Source: Williopsis jadinii (lineage: Eukaryota). Taken from it: a stretch of DNA of 64,000 nt. A model generated the notes under the pieces. That model worked only from the letters and a program-made list of their open reading frames with translations. It did no database searches and was not told the DNA's origin. Below, piece by piece: positions 12,886 to 23,423 of the stretch (positions are counted from its first letter, which is position 1; each line of letters opens with the position of its first letter). A program made the translations under genes and the position numbers. The stretch is from the NCBI GenBank assembly GCA_024346625.1, contig AP024665.1, positions 1,488,001-1,552,000 of the forward strand. The letters run 5' to 3'.

Positions 12886-14511
12886 TTAATCCAAGGGCTT
12901 AGGCTTAACCACCGATATGATAAGATCCTTTTCTTTGTACATGATGAATATGACAAGAACCTGTGCAAAGAATGCACTTGCCAGTAGTTCAAACCAGTTT
13001 CTCGTCACACCTAAAAGAGTACAGTCCAATGCCCAAATCACCAAGGATGATGTAACAATAGACTTGGTCTTTGAATCAAAAAGCCACAGGCTGAAACTGA
13101 CCCCGTGTGAATTGTAGAAATGCTTTATGAAACGGTAACAGTACACAATTCTTAAAGACATGTTTAACATGTTACTCAGTATCAAGCCTTGAAGTGAGAG
13201 GTTCAGTTTGGTGATGCAAACGTATGAAGTTGTCATGAATATTGCTGAGAATCCCACCATGTAGTATGTATAATCTACAACATCATGGCCTGTTGCTGTA
13301 GATTGGTGGACTGCCTCTAAGATACCATTCAAGGCTAAGAGTGGCAGGTAAAGAGTGTAGAGAGGGATAGTGTCAGATACAGAGTTCGACCAATTACTTC
13401 CGATCAACTTTTGAACCAAGAATCCAGAGTTCAGTGGACCAAAGATCACAATGATGATTGACAAGTAGAGGTAAAAACATATGATTCTTTGAAGTATTCC
13501 CACGGTGGTTTCCAGGTGTGCCTTAGTATCAGTGTTTTGAACCAATCTCGTTAAAAAGTTTCTTACGCTTTCTTCAATTGGAGCAAATACCAAGCGTGCC
13601 AGTAGGGAGCCATAGTTTGAAATGAGCGAATAGATACCTTGTTCTTCAATGGTGCACAGCGAATTGATAACCAACTTGTCACCTTCAGTGAGCAAATGCT
13701 TGAAGCACAAGTTGAAGAACATTGTGTAGAAGTGGGCCATTGCATCGTGGTCGAAATAGTACGAGTTTGAATGGCCAACGAGGATCTTTGTAGGTCTCGT
13801 GTGGATGTTCTTGTTCTTCTTTTTGAAGTTTTGGTAATCCCAGATGTATGAAATGAATAGTACCATAGAATGGACCAATTTTGCAGCACAGAACGCTACA
13901 ATGGGCAGACCATCAATCTCAGAGTCCTTGAACGAGAAGACGATACCAAAATTCACAAAGCAACTCAACGTTACTGCTGCAGTTTCGAATCTTGTTCTCT
14001 TGTCGTAGTTCAAGTTGAATTGGTTCAAGATGTAAAACGGTTCACTCATGAGCTCAACAACAATGGCCAGCCAAACCAATGCGATGGACAGTTTGAACAA
14101 CTGCATATGCTTGAACAGCTCTGAGAACCTCCCATATTGCCAGTACACAACCACAGAGGCCAAGGGGGTTCCAATCATCAGTGGAATATAGCCCAGGTTA
14201 ACGATGCTCTGCAGCGTTGCGCTGTGCTTATCAGACTTCTCATCGCTGTCAGTTTCCGCATCTTTCACCCTCTGAGCAGACAGCCTAATGCCCTCCCGCG
14301 AGAAGAACAACACAGTGTTGATCAAGAACTCCAAGAACATATTCACACCGAACGTTGCCGGTGAGATATACGTAATCAGAATCTGATTCAAGATGAACGT
14401 CGATAACTTCGTGAACATCTGTCCAAATAACAGCAGGGTCACTCCTTTAGCAGACTTCTCCATGAGTCTGTCCAACCTCGAGGATTCTGCTAGACTGTGG
14501 ACTCTCGACAT
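12886..14511 (-). CDS. RFT1: ER Man5GlcNAc2-PP-dolichol translocation protein Rft1
   Basis: LFFSREGIRL, ELMSEPFY, FKHLLTEGDK, QGIYSLISNYGSLLARLVFAPIEES, LALNGILEA motifs; multiple TM segments. Confidence 0.95.
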   Translation of the reverse strand: MSRVHSLAESSRLDRLMEKSAKGVTLLLFGQMFTKLSTFILNQILITYISPATFGVNMFLEFLINTVLFFSREGIRLSAQRVKDAETDSDEKSDKHSATLQSIVNLGYIPLMIGTPLASVVVYWQYGRFSELFKHMQLFKLSIALVWLAIVVELMSEPFYILNQFNLNYDKRTRFETAAVTLSCFVNFGIVFSFKDSEIDGLPIVAFCAAKLVHSMVLFISYIWDYQNFKKKNKNIHTRPTKILVGHSNSYYFDHDAMAHFYTMFFNLCFKHLLTEGDKLVINSLCTIEEQGIYSLISNYGSLLARLVFAPIEESVRNFLTRLVQNTDTKAHLETTVGILQRIICFYLYLSIIIVIFGPLNSGFLVQKLIGSNWSNSVSDTIPLYTLYLPLLALNGILEAVHQSTATGHDVVDYTYYMVGFSAIFMTTSYVCITKLNLSLQGLILSNMLNMSLRIVYCYRFIKHFYNSHGVSFSLWLFDSKTKSIVTSSLVIWALDCTLLGVTRNWFELLASAFFAQVLVIFIMYKEKDLIISVVKPKPLD

Positions 14512-14710
14512 GGCTTCCGAGTCTTTTGCTTGCCAATTGGTTCACCAGTTTGTGTGGAAAAGGAGGAAGAATTGAAAACGTTTTCGAAAACGGGTATTAA
14601 ATGTGAGGTTATGCGTGCAGCAGAGATAGTAAATATAATGTTGCTCCTACCAGCTTCCAAAAGAGAAGCTCAGTGTGGTTTCAATGGAAAAATTCGAGCC
14701 GTGGAACTCG

Positions 14711-14805
14711 TCCCTGTTAGCTCAGTCGGTAGAGCGTTCGGCTTTTACAGAACTAACTAGGGGAAGTTGACCGAAATGTCAGGGGTTCGAGCCCCCTATG
14801 GGGAG
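14711..14805 (+). tRNA. tRNA-Lys(TTT) with 22-nt intron (14748..14769)
   Basis: TCCCTGTTAGCTCAGTCGGTAGAGCGTTCGGCTTTTA[intron]ACCGAAATGTCAGGGGTTCGAGCCCCCTATGGGGAG, followed by a T9 terminator at 14811-14819. Confidence 0.97.
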
Positions 14806-14844
14806 TTCCATTTTTTTTTCAACGCAGTCACTATGACTTTTATA

Positions 14845-16020
14845 TTATTGTATCATTGTGATTACACTTCTTCTGGGGAAGATTATTAGCACACTTTTCG
14901 CTTTAAGAGGTTCGTATATAGTGTGGATTCCTCGTGGTATCACAATTGTGGTGAATTTTGTACTGAGTTCCATATATTTTTTGAAGTCTCTGTAGATTTA
15001 ATCTATTCGCTTAATGCATCAGTCACTAAGGTGTTTAGCCTTATCGTGCAGTATGACGGTATCGACGATCTTATTATTAAATTATGGGGATGGTCTATTC
15101 ACAGCGTGATAATATTGCTTATTCTTGAATCTGAGGGAGGGAGTGTTGTCAGACTCGGAAGTTGAGATCAGGGAGATTTCATCCCACCAGCTAATGTCGT
15201 GAAGAGGTTGGCTGAATACGTCATTATCATCGTAAGGCTCAGAATTTATGCCTATACAGCATTTGTAAATATCAGGGTGGACTTTGTAATCTGTTATATT
15301 GAATGCATTTTCAAGAAGGACTATTTGTCAAATAGTGTCGGTCTCTCTATAGTGTTAGAGTCTGTCAGTTACACTAGCTGAAATGCCAGAGGCTTTGGTC
15401 ATTTTACCGGTACGCATGAATATAATCACAGTGATAATGTTATATTCAGAAACACAACGATCACGGAGGAGATCACAATTTTAGTTGGTGTCCTTGGAAT
15501 CAGCGCCTGGTCTGTCGTTAGCCCAAAATGCCATCAAAATGTCACACCTCTCTTGTTTCATGTTAGGATTTACTTCCATCAGGGTTTAAGAAAGTCGACC
15601 TGGATGTGCCCATTCTCACTGTAAATGTAAGTTCCAGAGCTATCAAACCATCTCTCAGGGAGTGGACCTTAATCTCTTTCACTACGAACTGAGGAAGTAA
15701 CTCTTGTTCTTTGTAAATCTCTCTCATAGATTATCTAAGGTTGATCTTTCTGTTTACGATAATTTTGGTCATTACTCATTTCATACTCGAAAACAGATGC
15801 TTTTACCAATGAAACCAGGGTTAACTGTGACCACCCGTGCCATGTAATGTGTCTCAGTCTTAGTACCTGACGGGAAACTTCTCTTGGAATTCTGATAATG
15901 CTCGCTTACCTTTGTAAAGCCAATTCCTTATAGAGAAATAATTGTTTCAACAACGTACATGGTCATACAGCTGGACACACTGATGGACAACTCAACATCA
16001 GCTTCAATTATAATTAAAAT
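14845..16020 (-). pseudogene. Degenerate 2-micron-plasmid Rep1-like partitioning gene (several stops, at least 3 frameshifts)
   Basis: Hand translation gives, in order: GFIGK (15816-15802), DQP*IIYE (15746-15723), ELLPQFV (15703-15683), AFWAN (15531-15517), LLRDRCVSEY, WWDEISLI (15189-15166), KIVDTVI, TIVIPRG (14949-14929). These are collinear with recalled S. cerevisiae Rep1 segments AFVGH, DPALVYN, ELSQFI, AYWAS, VIRCSIIHEY, LWGEIDSL, IIADRII, TVKVYRG. Boundaries approximate; not verified by search. Confidence 0.6.
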
Positions 16021-16289
16021 ACTCACAAATAAAGACAAAATACACTTTACTACATTTGAGCCACCTTTGTTCAGTCAGCCATAACTTTCTTAGAAACGTT
16101 TGCATACTCCCCACAATAAGAGAACCATTTATATTTTGCAACTACGTGGTGCTTTATCTCGCAGTCGACGTCTTATGCAAGGCCCTGCGATATATACAGG
16201 ACAACGCTTTGGAAGGGATCATTAATTAACATCTATATAAAGTCAGCACAGCTCTTTGCTAAGAAGTTTGGTCAATAACTTATAGTTAA

Positions 16290-16961
16290 AAATGCGGTTA
16301 CGTGTCAATTAGAGGCAATGGTAAATTAACCAAGTAGCCATCGGTGTACTATAAGATTATTGTAATATCTCAATGATCTTATAATCTCAAATATCTCGAT
16401 GACTTCAGAAGTGGATAATAGAGGTCTCACGGTTCTGGACAATTGGGTCTCAAAAACAGGGCAATTATAACCATCTCTTTGAATAACGTATATGTCGTTG
16501 TCGGCAAGGAAGGCCTTCAAGCAAGAATTGCACTTGCTAATTACGGTAGCGATACAGTGGATATTGAGGCCCTTCAATCTGCTAAGTCACCAAAGGGTGG
16601 GTTCAGAAACGTGGATTTAGGCAGAAAAGCATCAGAAAGTGGTAAATTGACAACAGGATAACCACTGGCGATAACTAAATCACTCTCCAGTCCTCTCTCT
16701 TTCCTGGTTATGGAATACCAGCTTCAGCTGTCACTACACCAGAGACCACATCCAGCTCCATTTCTAAGAACCTATGTAATAAAGCCTCCTCAGCTTTTCC
16801 GTCTTTGGACCAATCTCCTTCATCTGGGGGACTTGCTTCTTAGATCAACACGCTCAGAAGCCTATTCAACAGAGAAGATTATTAGAACGTTTATCCATAA
16901 TGCAAGCAAGGTATTCCATGAAGAAAGCGATGAAGTGAAGGCACAAGCCAGTGATTGTTAA
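16290..16961 (+). pseudogene. Degenerate reading frame divergent from the Rep1-like relic, possibly Rep2-like
   Basis: ORF fragments 16443..16661 and 16710..16961 are in the same frame, split by one stop. An overlapping frame reads SLFPGYGIPASAVTT (LFPGY at 16697-16711) followed by a Ser-rich stretch, resembling recalled Rep2 LLFPGYVIRPMESLTT. Only one short motif supports this. Confidence 0.35.
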
Positions 16962-17437
16962 AATGCATACCACAAACCACAGCCTGGACAGCAATTAAAG
17001 ACTAGGGAATGAATAACATAGCAAAAAAGGTCTTCCATCGTACAAGCTTCTCTATCTTGTATACAATATAAACCCATACTGTGTATAATATAATACAGCA
17101 TAATTATAATATAATAACACCACAACGTCAAACATCCGAACACCACTGACGCGTAAGACCGCCCGCCCAAAGTTTTGTTTTCTTTCTTGTCCACCGCGGC
17201 CAGACCAACTTTTTCTTTGTTTGTCTTTTTTTCCTGCTTCAGTTTTAGCGGGTTTAACCACTTTCTCCCACCCTTCTGTCTCTTCATCTATCAGACATTT
17301 GTGTGTCTAAGCGGCGTGTTGAAGCTGTTACCATTGATCTGCTGATCTTAAGACGTCCATAGTCGGTGCTCGATTCTTTTACTGTTGTGTGTGTGCTTTT
17401 TTGCGCAGTTCTGTTATTGAAGTGACGGTGTTGAACG

Positions 17438-18988
17438 ATGGAGTTCCAGGTGAAGAAGGCATTCTTCAAGGCTGATACGGTGGATCCGTTCACTGGTTTA
17501 CCGATCTATGTGTTTGACTCGAACTATTTGCCGAATTTTGAAGGTTTGGAGTGTGACAAGCGCACTCTGGAAGAGTTGATGATGAAAGCGTTTAAGAGGA
17601 TCATCCAGCGGGTACCAAATGCTCCTTACTCGCTGGTGTGCTTCACCTCCGGGTTCAAATCCTTCAATGGCTCAAACAATGGCGCTTCATGGGTCACGCT
17701 GCTGAAGTGCTACCAATTGTTTCCCCAGGCTTTCAAGGAGAACATGAAAAAGGCGTACGTTGTCCATGAGTCGTGGATCGTCAGGTCATTTACGCAAATC
17801 TTGACTAATGTTGTGCAGTTGAAGAAGTTCAAGAGAGATGATGGGAAGATCCAATACTGCAGAGATTTGACCGAGCTCTCCAAGTTTGTTGATATTACCA
17901 AGCTGAGAATCAGCTTGGCCGTGTACTTGTACGATTTGGAATTTGCAGACAAGTTAATCATCCCTTACACTGTGAAGCACAACTCTGCGGATTACCTCCA
18001 ATACAGAGGACTGATCGAGGAGCGTATATTGACGAGGTTGTTACTAGAAGGAGACCAATATCCGCTGGTGTTTACAAGACCCGGGAGCCAAAGGAAGCTG
18101 AACATCCTCGCCGATGCCATTGAAAGAGGCCACTATCTGGATTTGTCGCAATGGGACATATATGTGATGGGGACGCTTTGTCTAACGACGCTTCGAAAGA
18201 GAGATGAACCTCTGATTGACATCGATCTCATTGAGTTGCCTATACGGGATGACTTGAACTACACTTTAATGACTTTCCACAGAATGCAGCTATCAGACGA
18301 GTCGTATCTACTGTTCGCTAGGCTCCATGAGATTTGGATCAACATGTGCTCAAAGTCTGAGACAACGAGACACGATCTGAAGTCCATCTCAAAAGCTGTG
18401 ACGCCAGGGCTCTGCAAGGAGAGAACATCACTGAAGAATAACGACCGGTTAATCATTGGACAACGGTTTATCAAGAACCTGTTGGAGTACTGGACTGAGA
18501 TCGACAAGGCTCATTCAAAGTCGAAGCCTTCAGAGGTGGTGATCAAAGTTGAAAAGCGTAAGGAGAGACCGGACCCGCCACCGTCCCGTAAAGTCTCATT
18601 CAAGACCAACGGCGTTGAGTTCAGAACGATACCTTCCCGTCCACTACCTGAAGTACCGGATACTACAAGCAGGACTGTTTCAGATTCCTCGACGCTACCC
18701 GTCTCCTCCTTACCTGTGGAGAACAACAACTCCACCGAACTGTTAACCATTGACGACGTTGACATCGGCAGTAACAGATCCACACAGACCAACCAAGTGC
18801 TCACAGACGCCACAACGTCACTCAACAAGATGCCGATGCCAACGGTCAAGAGGCCAAAGCCCATCACCAAGTTCGCAGAAGGCTACAGCTCCATAGAAGG
18901 CAAGAAGAAGGTCAGCAAGCTGGCACAGCTATACGAGGAGAGATTAGTAGGGCTACAGATCCTGGATGAGATCGAGAAGAAGGGCTAA
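17438..18988 (+). CDS. ECM25: Ecm25-like protein (CRAL-TRIO-like N-terminus, RhoGAP-like domain)
   Basis: DPFTGLPIYVFDS, AYVVHESW, RISLAVYLYD and KKVSKLAQLYEERL motifs. Near ACO2, as YJL200C/YJL201W are in S. cerevisiae. Confidence 0.85.
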   Translation: MEFQVKKAFFKADTVDPFTGLPIYVFDSNYLPNFEGLECDKRTLEELMMKAFKRIIQRVPNAPYSLVCFTSGFKSFNGSNNGASWVTLLKCYQLFPQAFKENMKKAYVVHESWIVRSFTQILTNVVQLKKFKRDDGKIQYCRDLTELSKFVDITKLRISLAVYLYDLEFADKLIIPYTVKHNSADYLQYRGLIEERILTRLLLEGDQYPLVFTRPGSQRKLNILADAIERGHYLDLSQWDIYVMGTLCLTTLRKRDEPLIDIDLIELPIRDDLNYTLMTFHRMQLSDESYLLFARLHEIWINMCSKSETTRHDLKSISKAVTPGLCKERTSLKNNDRLIIGQRFIKNLLEYWTEIDKAHSKSKPSEVVIKVEKRKERPDPPPSRKVSFKTNGVEFRTIPSRPLPEVPDTTSRTVSDSSTLPVSSLPVENNNSTELLTIDDVDIGSNRSTQTNQVLTDATTSLNKMPMPTVKRPKPITKFAEGYSSIEGKKKVSKLAQLYEERLVGLQILDEIEKKG

Positions 18989-19069
18989 CCACAAGGCATA
19001 CAAGGCATACAAAGCACAAGCACATAGTTAAGATACCACAATTTATCCAACCAATACAAATTCATACTG

Positions 19070-19112
19070 ACGCGTAAAAAAGACCCCTTCATGACGCGTC
19101 GACGCGCGCGTT
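19070..19112. promoter_or_regulatory. Cluster of MCB elements (ACGCGT) upstream of BUD5
   Basis: ACGCGT at 19070 and 19094, followed by GACGCGCGCGT; MBF/SBF-type G1/S elements. Confidence 0.6.
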
Positions 19113-19385
19113 AAAACGATAGCAAAATAAACTTTTTGTCTGCGGCAGCATGCCCCCGTTTTTCGGGACAAAATTGCGCTTTTGAAACGAAAACAGACAC
19201 GGGACGGACATTTTTTGGCTGATGGGGAGAAAAGCCTTTATTTCCTCTCTGTAATTTTTCAGTTATCAAGTGAAATTCGTTCCACTTTATGGTATATAAA
19301 GCTTCACCGCTTTAAAGGTTACCAATTGGCAATTGACTAAGGGTTGTGTTTTGATTTCGGCCTGGTCTTTGAGCACTGGGACAGA

Positions 19386-22300
19386 ATGGAAGAGGAAGGT
19401 AGTTCTTCTGCAGGGAAGCTGGACATTGGGATGGACATTGGCACTGTGATGGACATTGACGCTGATGCTGTGGATACAGCCAGTGCCGTCAACAGTAGCA
19501 GGACTCCAGCTACTGTAAGGGTTGCTAAATTTGGACTGTCGCCAACGAAGCCTTTGAATTTGCACTCCAAGAGTGAGAAGTCCATTGTTCGGGAGTCGAG
19601 CTCCTTTATGTCCCATAGAACCGGGGAGTCCATCGCAGAGTCTTTTGAGACTGCGATGGATGGAAGTGATTTGAGCGATGCTGTTCATCAAATGTCGATG
19701 TATGATGATGATCCGACCCCAAGGGTGCTGCAGCACGACAGGTTTATACCATCGAAGCCTGTTGTTGACGAGGATGAAACTCCAGTGATTGGGGTTTCAG
19801 AGTCGTTTGTCCGTGAACATGACAGTGGTGTTCACGATGATAGTGGTGTTCACGATGACAGTGATGTTCATGATGATAGTGATGTTCATGATGATAGTGA
19901 TGTTCATGATGATAGCGGTGCTCACGATGATAGCGATGCTCATAATGACAATTTGGAAGACGATACAGCACTGCATTCAACACACTCGACAGATCACTCT
20001 CACCAAAATTCTGTCAAATCATACAAGTCAGGACACGCATCCAGTGTATACGATAAGTCGTACGAAAAGACCGACCCCGTGGGGGTAACACAAGAGCTAT
20101 TGAACTCGACAGAGCTGTTATCGCTTTTCCTTTACGCATTGCACGATTTTGACGCATCCACTCTTGATCAATCAAGCGAATCAACAGTGTGCTTATCCTT
20201 CAACAAAGGCGACGTTGCCTACGTCCATTCTGTGGATTCGAGTGGCTGGAGCGAAGTGACACTGTTAAAGAACCTATGGAGAGGTTGGATACCTGTGAAT
20301 TTTTTCACAGAGCTAGTCAAAGACGACGAGACAATGCCACTAAGTAAATCAAGGATACCGTTGAAGTTGCTTCTCATCTCAACGGCGAAGTTCCTCAACA
20401 ACCCAATAGATAACCCGTTGAACGGGGACTCATACTTCTCCTTGGATCAGGTCAATGCCATACGAGATGGTGTACGTTACCTACTAGAATTGACAAACTG
20501 CTTATCAAGATCGACACTCATCGTTAGGAAAAGACCAATCATTAGAAGAATGAGGAAAACACTGCTTGCAGATTGGTATTCTCTAATGATTAAAGCAGAC
20601 TCGTATAAACACACACATAATTTGAAGCACGTGGAGACGTTACAGCTAATGGCTTTACAAGTGGTTAAGAAATCTATAACCTTTCTGGACATATGGTCAA
20701 TAGAATCAGAATCTCTGAAGAAAGAGGAAGTTATCACAAGAAGGAAGACGGATATGCCATTACTGAGAACACCACCATTTGGTAAAGCAAGACTAAACGA
20801 AATCCATAATGTCTTGTTCGGTTACATTGGATTACTTCTGGGACGACTAGATATGGTTGAACATAACCCTGCTGGATGCCAATTGCTGGAGAACATCACA
20901 CATCAAATGATTTTACTGCTGAAAGAGTTGCTCTACATCAACAAGTCATGTGTTAATATCCTCGATTCTCAGAGTCGGAGGTTGGAGAAGTTTGACGATA
21001 ATCTGGATGTCTTGCTTTCATTAGTCTCTGAATTGGTATCAAGCGTAAAGAACTTTGTCACCAAAATGATCAATGAATCCAACACTGAAAAACCTCTGAA
21101 GCAAGGCCCGTATCAGTATTCATCGGAGGGATTGGAGTTGATGGGGGTGATTTCCAGAATGACGAGATCAATTTCACTCTCAGTGGATACGTGTTATAAG
21201 TATCTGGCGATGATTGGCGATTTCAAACTGAGTGAAGACAAGGAATACACAGACTTCTCAAAGGTTCAAATAACAGCTGATCAGTTCATCAAGACGTGCT
21301 CCTTGGGTATGATCAAAACCATGGATAAGTCCAAATTGGACATGGTTAGGACTGCTGAGAGGAATGGTATCAAGAGGCAATCCAAGTTCTCCATGGTTAG
21401 AAGTGGTAATGACAATTTCACCGTTTCAGGCTCAAACCTGTTACAGGAATTCCTACCGGATTCTAAGTCATTCATGAGATCATCAGTGTTCCAGCCCTAT
21501 TTAAACGAGACTGGTGAACGCTACGAGATTCCATTTGATCGTGATACTGAAATAATTTATGACTCAGAAGGCTCTCTCATCGGCGCATCATTTAGAGGAC
21601 TAGTGTACTTGCTCACAGACGAGTTAAGGAAAACACAGCCTTTCTTCATCTCAACGTTCTTTCTCACTTTCAAGTCATATTCTACAAGTGACGCACTCAT
21701 TGAGGAGTTGATATCGAGGTTTAACTTTGAAGACTCATCTGAAGACGAATCCACAGGTGAATATTCCTCCTACGACTCACGACTGAAGAATAGAAGAAGA
21801 TTGATAGCCAAAATATTTCAGTTGTGGATTCAAAGCTATTGGGACTACACCGGTGACTACAACCTGATTCCGACTCTGATAAACTTCTTCAATGAGGAGG
21901 TTTCACAGTATTTGCCCATAGAATCGAAGAAACTGATTGAACTATGCTCGAAGCTCATTATTGTGACACCATCACTGCTGGAGACCACCAAGACTGTACC
22001 AAAGACTAAGTTTGGTGGCGTGGACTCTGCAGTGATACAACTGGTGTCCAGAAGATTGTCTTCTACGAGATCAGCAATATCAAATTCAAGCTCTGTCAAT
22101 TCGTTTGTATCTTTGAACAAGGAACTTGATGATGAGGAGCACATCTTTGAAGAGTATGAGCTGACTAAAGTCAAGAGCTCTTCGAGAAACTCCACCTTGC
22201 TGCCACTACCTGGGCTGAATTTCAACCATAACTCATTACTGAACAAATCACAGATTAGTGAAATTGAGCACGATGTTATTAAACACCGAATCGCCCTCAG

Positions 22301-23255
22301 CTCAATCAACTGGCCAGTTGAGTCTGTGTCGAGATACATCCCGATGGAGACGCAACACTTACTCAAGGTGTGGTATGACTGTTGTCAAAGTAAGCTCCAA
22401 TGCGAATTTCGTCCAGAGTCTCACTTAGCTGAGCTCAATGGGTTTGAACTCGCCAAACAGTTGACCATAATCGAATCGAGAATATTCTTATCCGTGAAAC
22501 CAGAAGAGCTTTTGAACCAAAACTTCTTGAAGAGGCATCACTTGTCACCTAATATTCAACAGTCTCTCCTGTTCACAAACTTACTCAGTGCCTATGTGTT
22601 GGAGTCCATCCTCGAGGAGGGCTTAGTTATGAAGAAACGTACAATTCGGATTAAACAATGGTTGAACATTGCCTTATCCTGTTACTACCTCAAAAACTTC
22701 AACTCTCTCGCTGCCATTGTCATTTCACTGCAAAGTCATATCCTGTCCCGTTTGGATGAAGTTTGGGCATCGCTTCCCGAGAAGTACCAGTCTCTGTTCA
22801 GTGATTTGAAGAAGATCATCCATCCTACCAACAACTATAAGGGATACCGTTATAAGCTGTCAAAGATTCTGAAAGACGGCGATACCAAATCTCCAATTCC
22901 TGTGGTTCCATATGTGAATCTATTCTTACAGGACTTGACCTTCATCAACGAGGGAAATCGTGATTATCGAAACTCGGAGTCCTTCTTGAAGGAGCGCATC
23001 ATCAATTTTGACAAATTTAGAAGAGTTGCAAAGATTATTGCAAATATGGAGTATCTACAAGTTGGATATGATGATGCTCCAAAGAAAAGAAGAAGTTCAG
23101 TGTTCAGCTTTGGATCAACAATCTCCCTTGACGACAACCTTACGGTGATCCCACCACTTCAAGAATACATACTTCTTGAGCTGTTAAGAGTTCAACAACT
23201 CAATCTCAGAGACGATGAGAGGGCATGGAAACTCAGTAAGAAGCTCAAACCATAG
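19386..23255 (+). CDS. BUD5: Ras-family guanine nucleotide exchange factor with SH3, RasGEF_N and RasGEF domains (Bud5-like)
   Basis: ATG at 19386. SH3 (YALHDF..CLSFNKGD..SGW..RGWIPVNF), REM (FFLTFKSY, LWIQSYW), CDC25 domain (ELAKQLT, LKNFNSL, VVPYVNLFLQDLTFINEGN, INFDKF). Confidence 0.75.
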   Translation: MEEEGSSSAGKLDIGMDIGTVMDIDADAVDTASAVNSSRTPATVRVAKFGLSPTKPLNLHSKSEKSIVRESSSFMSHRTGESIAESFETAMDGSDLSDAVHQMSMYDDDPTPRVLQHDRFIPSKPVVDEDETPVIGVSESFVREHDSGVHDDSGVHDDSDVHDDSDVHDDSDVHDDSGAHDDSDAHNDNLEDDTALHSTHSTDHSHQNSVKSYKSGHASSVYDKSYEKTDPVGVTQELLNSTELLSLFLYALHDFDASTLDQSSESTVCLSFNKGDVAYVHSVDSSGWSEVTLLKNLWRGWIPVNFFTELVKDDETMPLSKSRIPLKLLLISTAKFLNNPIDNPLNGDSYFSLDQVNAIRDGVRYLLELTNCLSRSTLIVRKRPIIRRMRKTLLADWYSLMIKADSYKHTHNLKHVETLQLMALQVVKKSITFLDIWSIESESLKKEEVITRRKTDMPLLRTPPFGKARLNEIHNVLFGYIGLLLGRLDMVEHNPAGCQLLENITHQMILLLKELLYINKSCVNILDSQSRRLEKFDDNLDVLLSLVSELVSSVKNFVTKMINESNTEKPLKQGPYQYSSEGLELMGVISRMTRSISLSVDTCYKYLAMIGDFKLSEDKEYTDFSKVQITADQFIKTCSLGMIKTMDKSKLDMVRTAERNGIKRQSKFSMVRSGNDNFTVSGSNLLQEFLPDSKSFMRSSVFQPYLNETGERYEIPFDRDTEIIYDSEGSLIGASFRGLVYLLTDELRKTQPFFISTFFLTFKSYSTSDALIEELISRFNFEDSSEDESTGEYSSYDSRLKNRRRLIAKIFQLWIQSYWDYTGDYNLIPTLINFFNEEVSQYLPIESKKLIELCSKLIIVTPSLLETTKTVPKTKFGGVDSAVIQLVSRRLSSTRSAISNSSSVNSFVSLNKELDDEEHIFEEYELTKVKSSSRNSTLLPLPGLNFNHNSLLNKSQISEIEHDVIKHRIALSSINWPVESVSRYIPMETQHLLKVWYDCCQSKLQCEFRPESHLAELNGFELAKQLTIIESRIFLSVKPEELLNQNFLKRHHLSPNIQQSLLFTNLLSAYVLESILEEGLVMKKRTIRIKQWLNIALSCYYLKNFNSLAAIVISLQSHILSRLDEVWASLPEKYQSLFSDLKKIIHPTNNYKGYRYKLSKILKDGDTKSPIPVVPYVNLFLQDLTFINEGNRDYRNSESFLKERIINFDKFRRVAKIIANMEYLQVGYDDAPKKRRSSVFSFGSTISLDDNLTVIPPLQEYILLELLRVQQLNLRDDERAWKLSKKLKP
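19818..19949 (+). repeat. Coding 18-bp minisatellite, six full units CAYGATGAYAGYGRTGYT plus partial units, encoding HDDS(G/D)(V/A)
   Basis: Units start at 19833, 19851, 19869, 19887, 19905 and 19923. Confidence 0.95.
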
Positions 23256-23423
23256 CTTCAAACACATTGTATGTCATAGTTTGATAACCATCTAATAATT
23301 TACGGACTCTAAGATATCGTTCATGTAAATGTGTATTAAGAATAACCTGATTCGATGAAAAAACAAAAACAAAACAAACAAACAAACCTTGCAGTATTCA
23401 ACATAAATGTTTTTTTTTTTTGT

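Noticed and set aside
14748..14769. AACTAAC..TAG inside the tRNA-Lys intron resembling spliceosomal signals
   Set aside because: It is a canonical position 37/38 tRNA intron with no 5' GT site.
14940..15040. Ty1/copia Gag-like reading (TSKNIWNSV) in another minus-strand frame
   Set aside because: One weak motif, with no LTR, PBS or Pol motifs; the Rep1-like frame explains far more of the region.
16083..16100. Imperfect palindrome AACTTTCTTAGAAACGTT as an FRT-like site
   Set aside because: Arms too short, no 13-bp repeats around an 8-bp spacer, and no second copy seen.
16383..16880. Flp-like words (YLDDF, EYQL, RTY, HLG) on the plus strand
   Set aside because: Spacing is inconsistent with Flp, and the catalytic RFSD and HxxRH motifs are absent.
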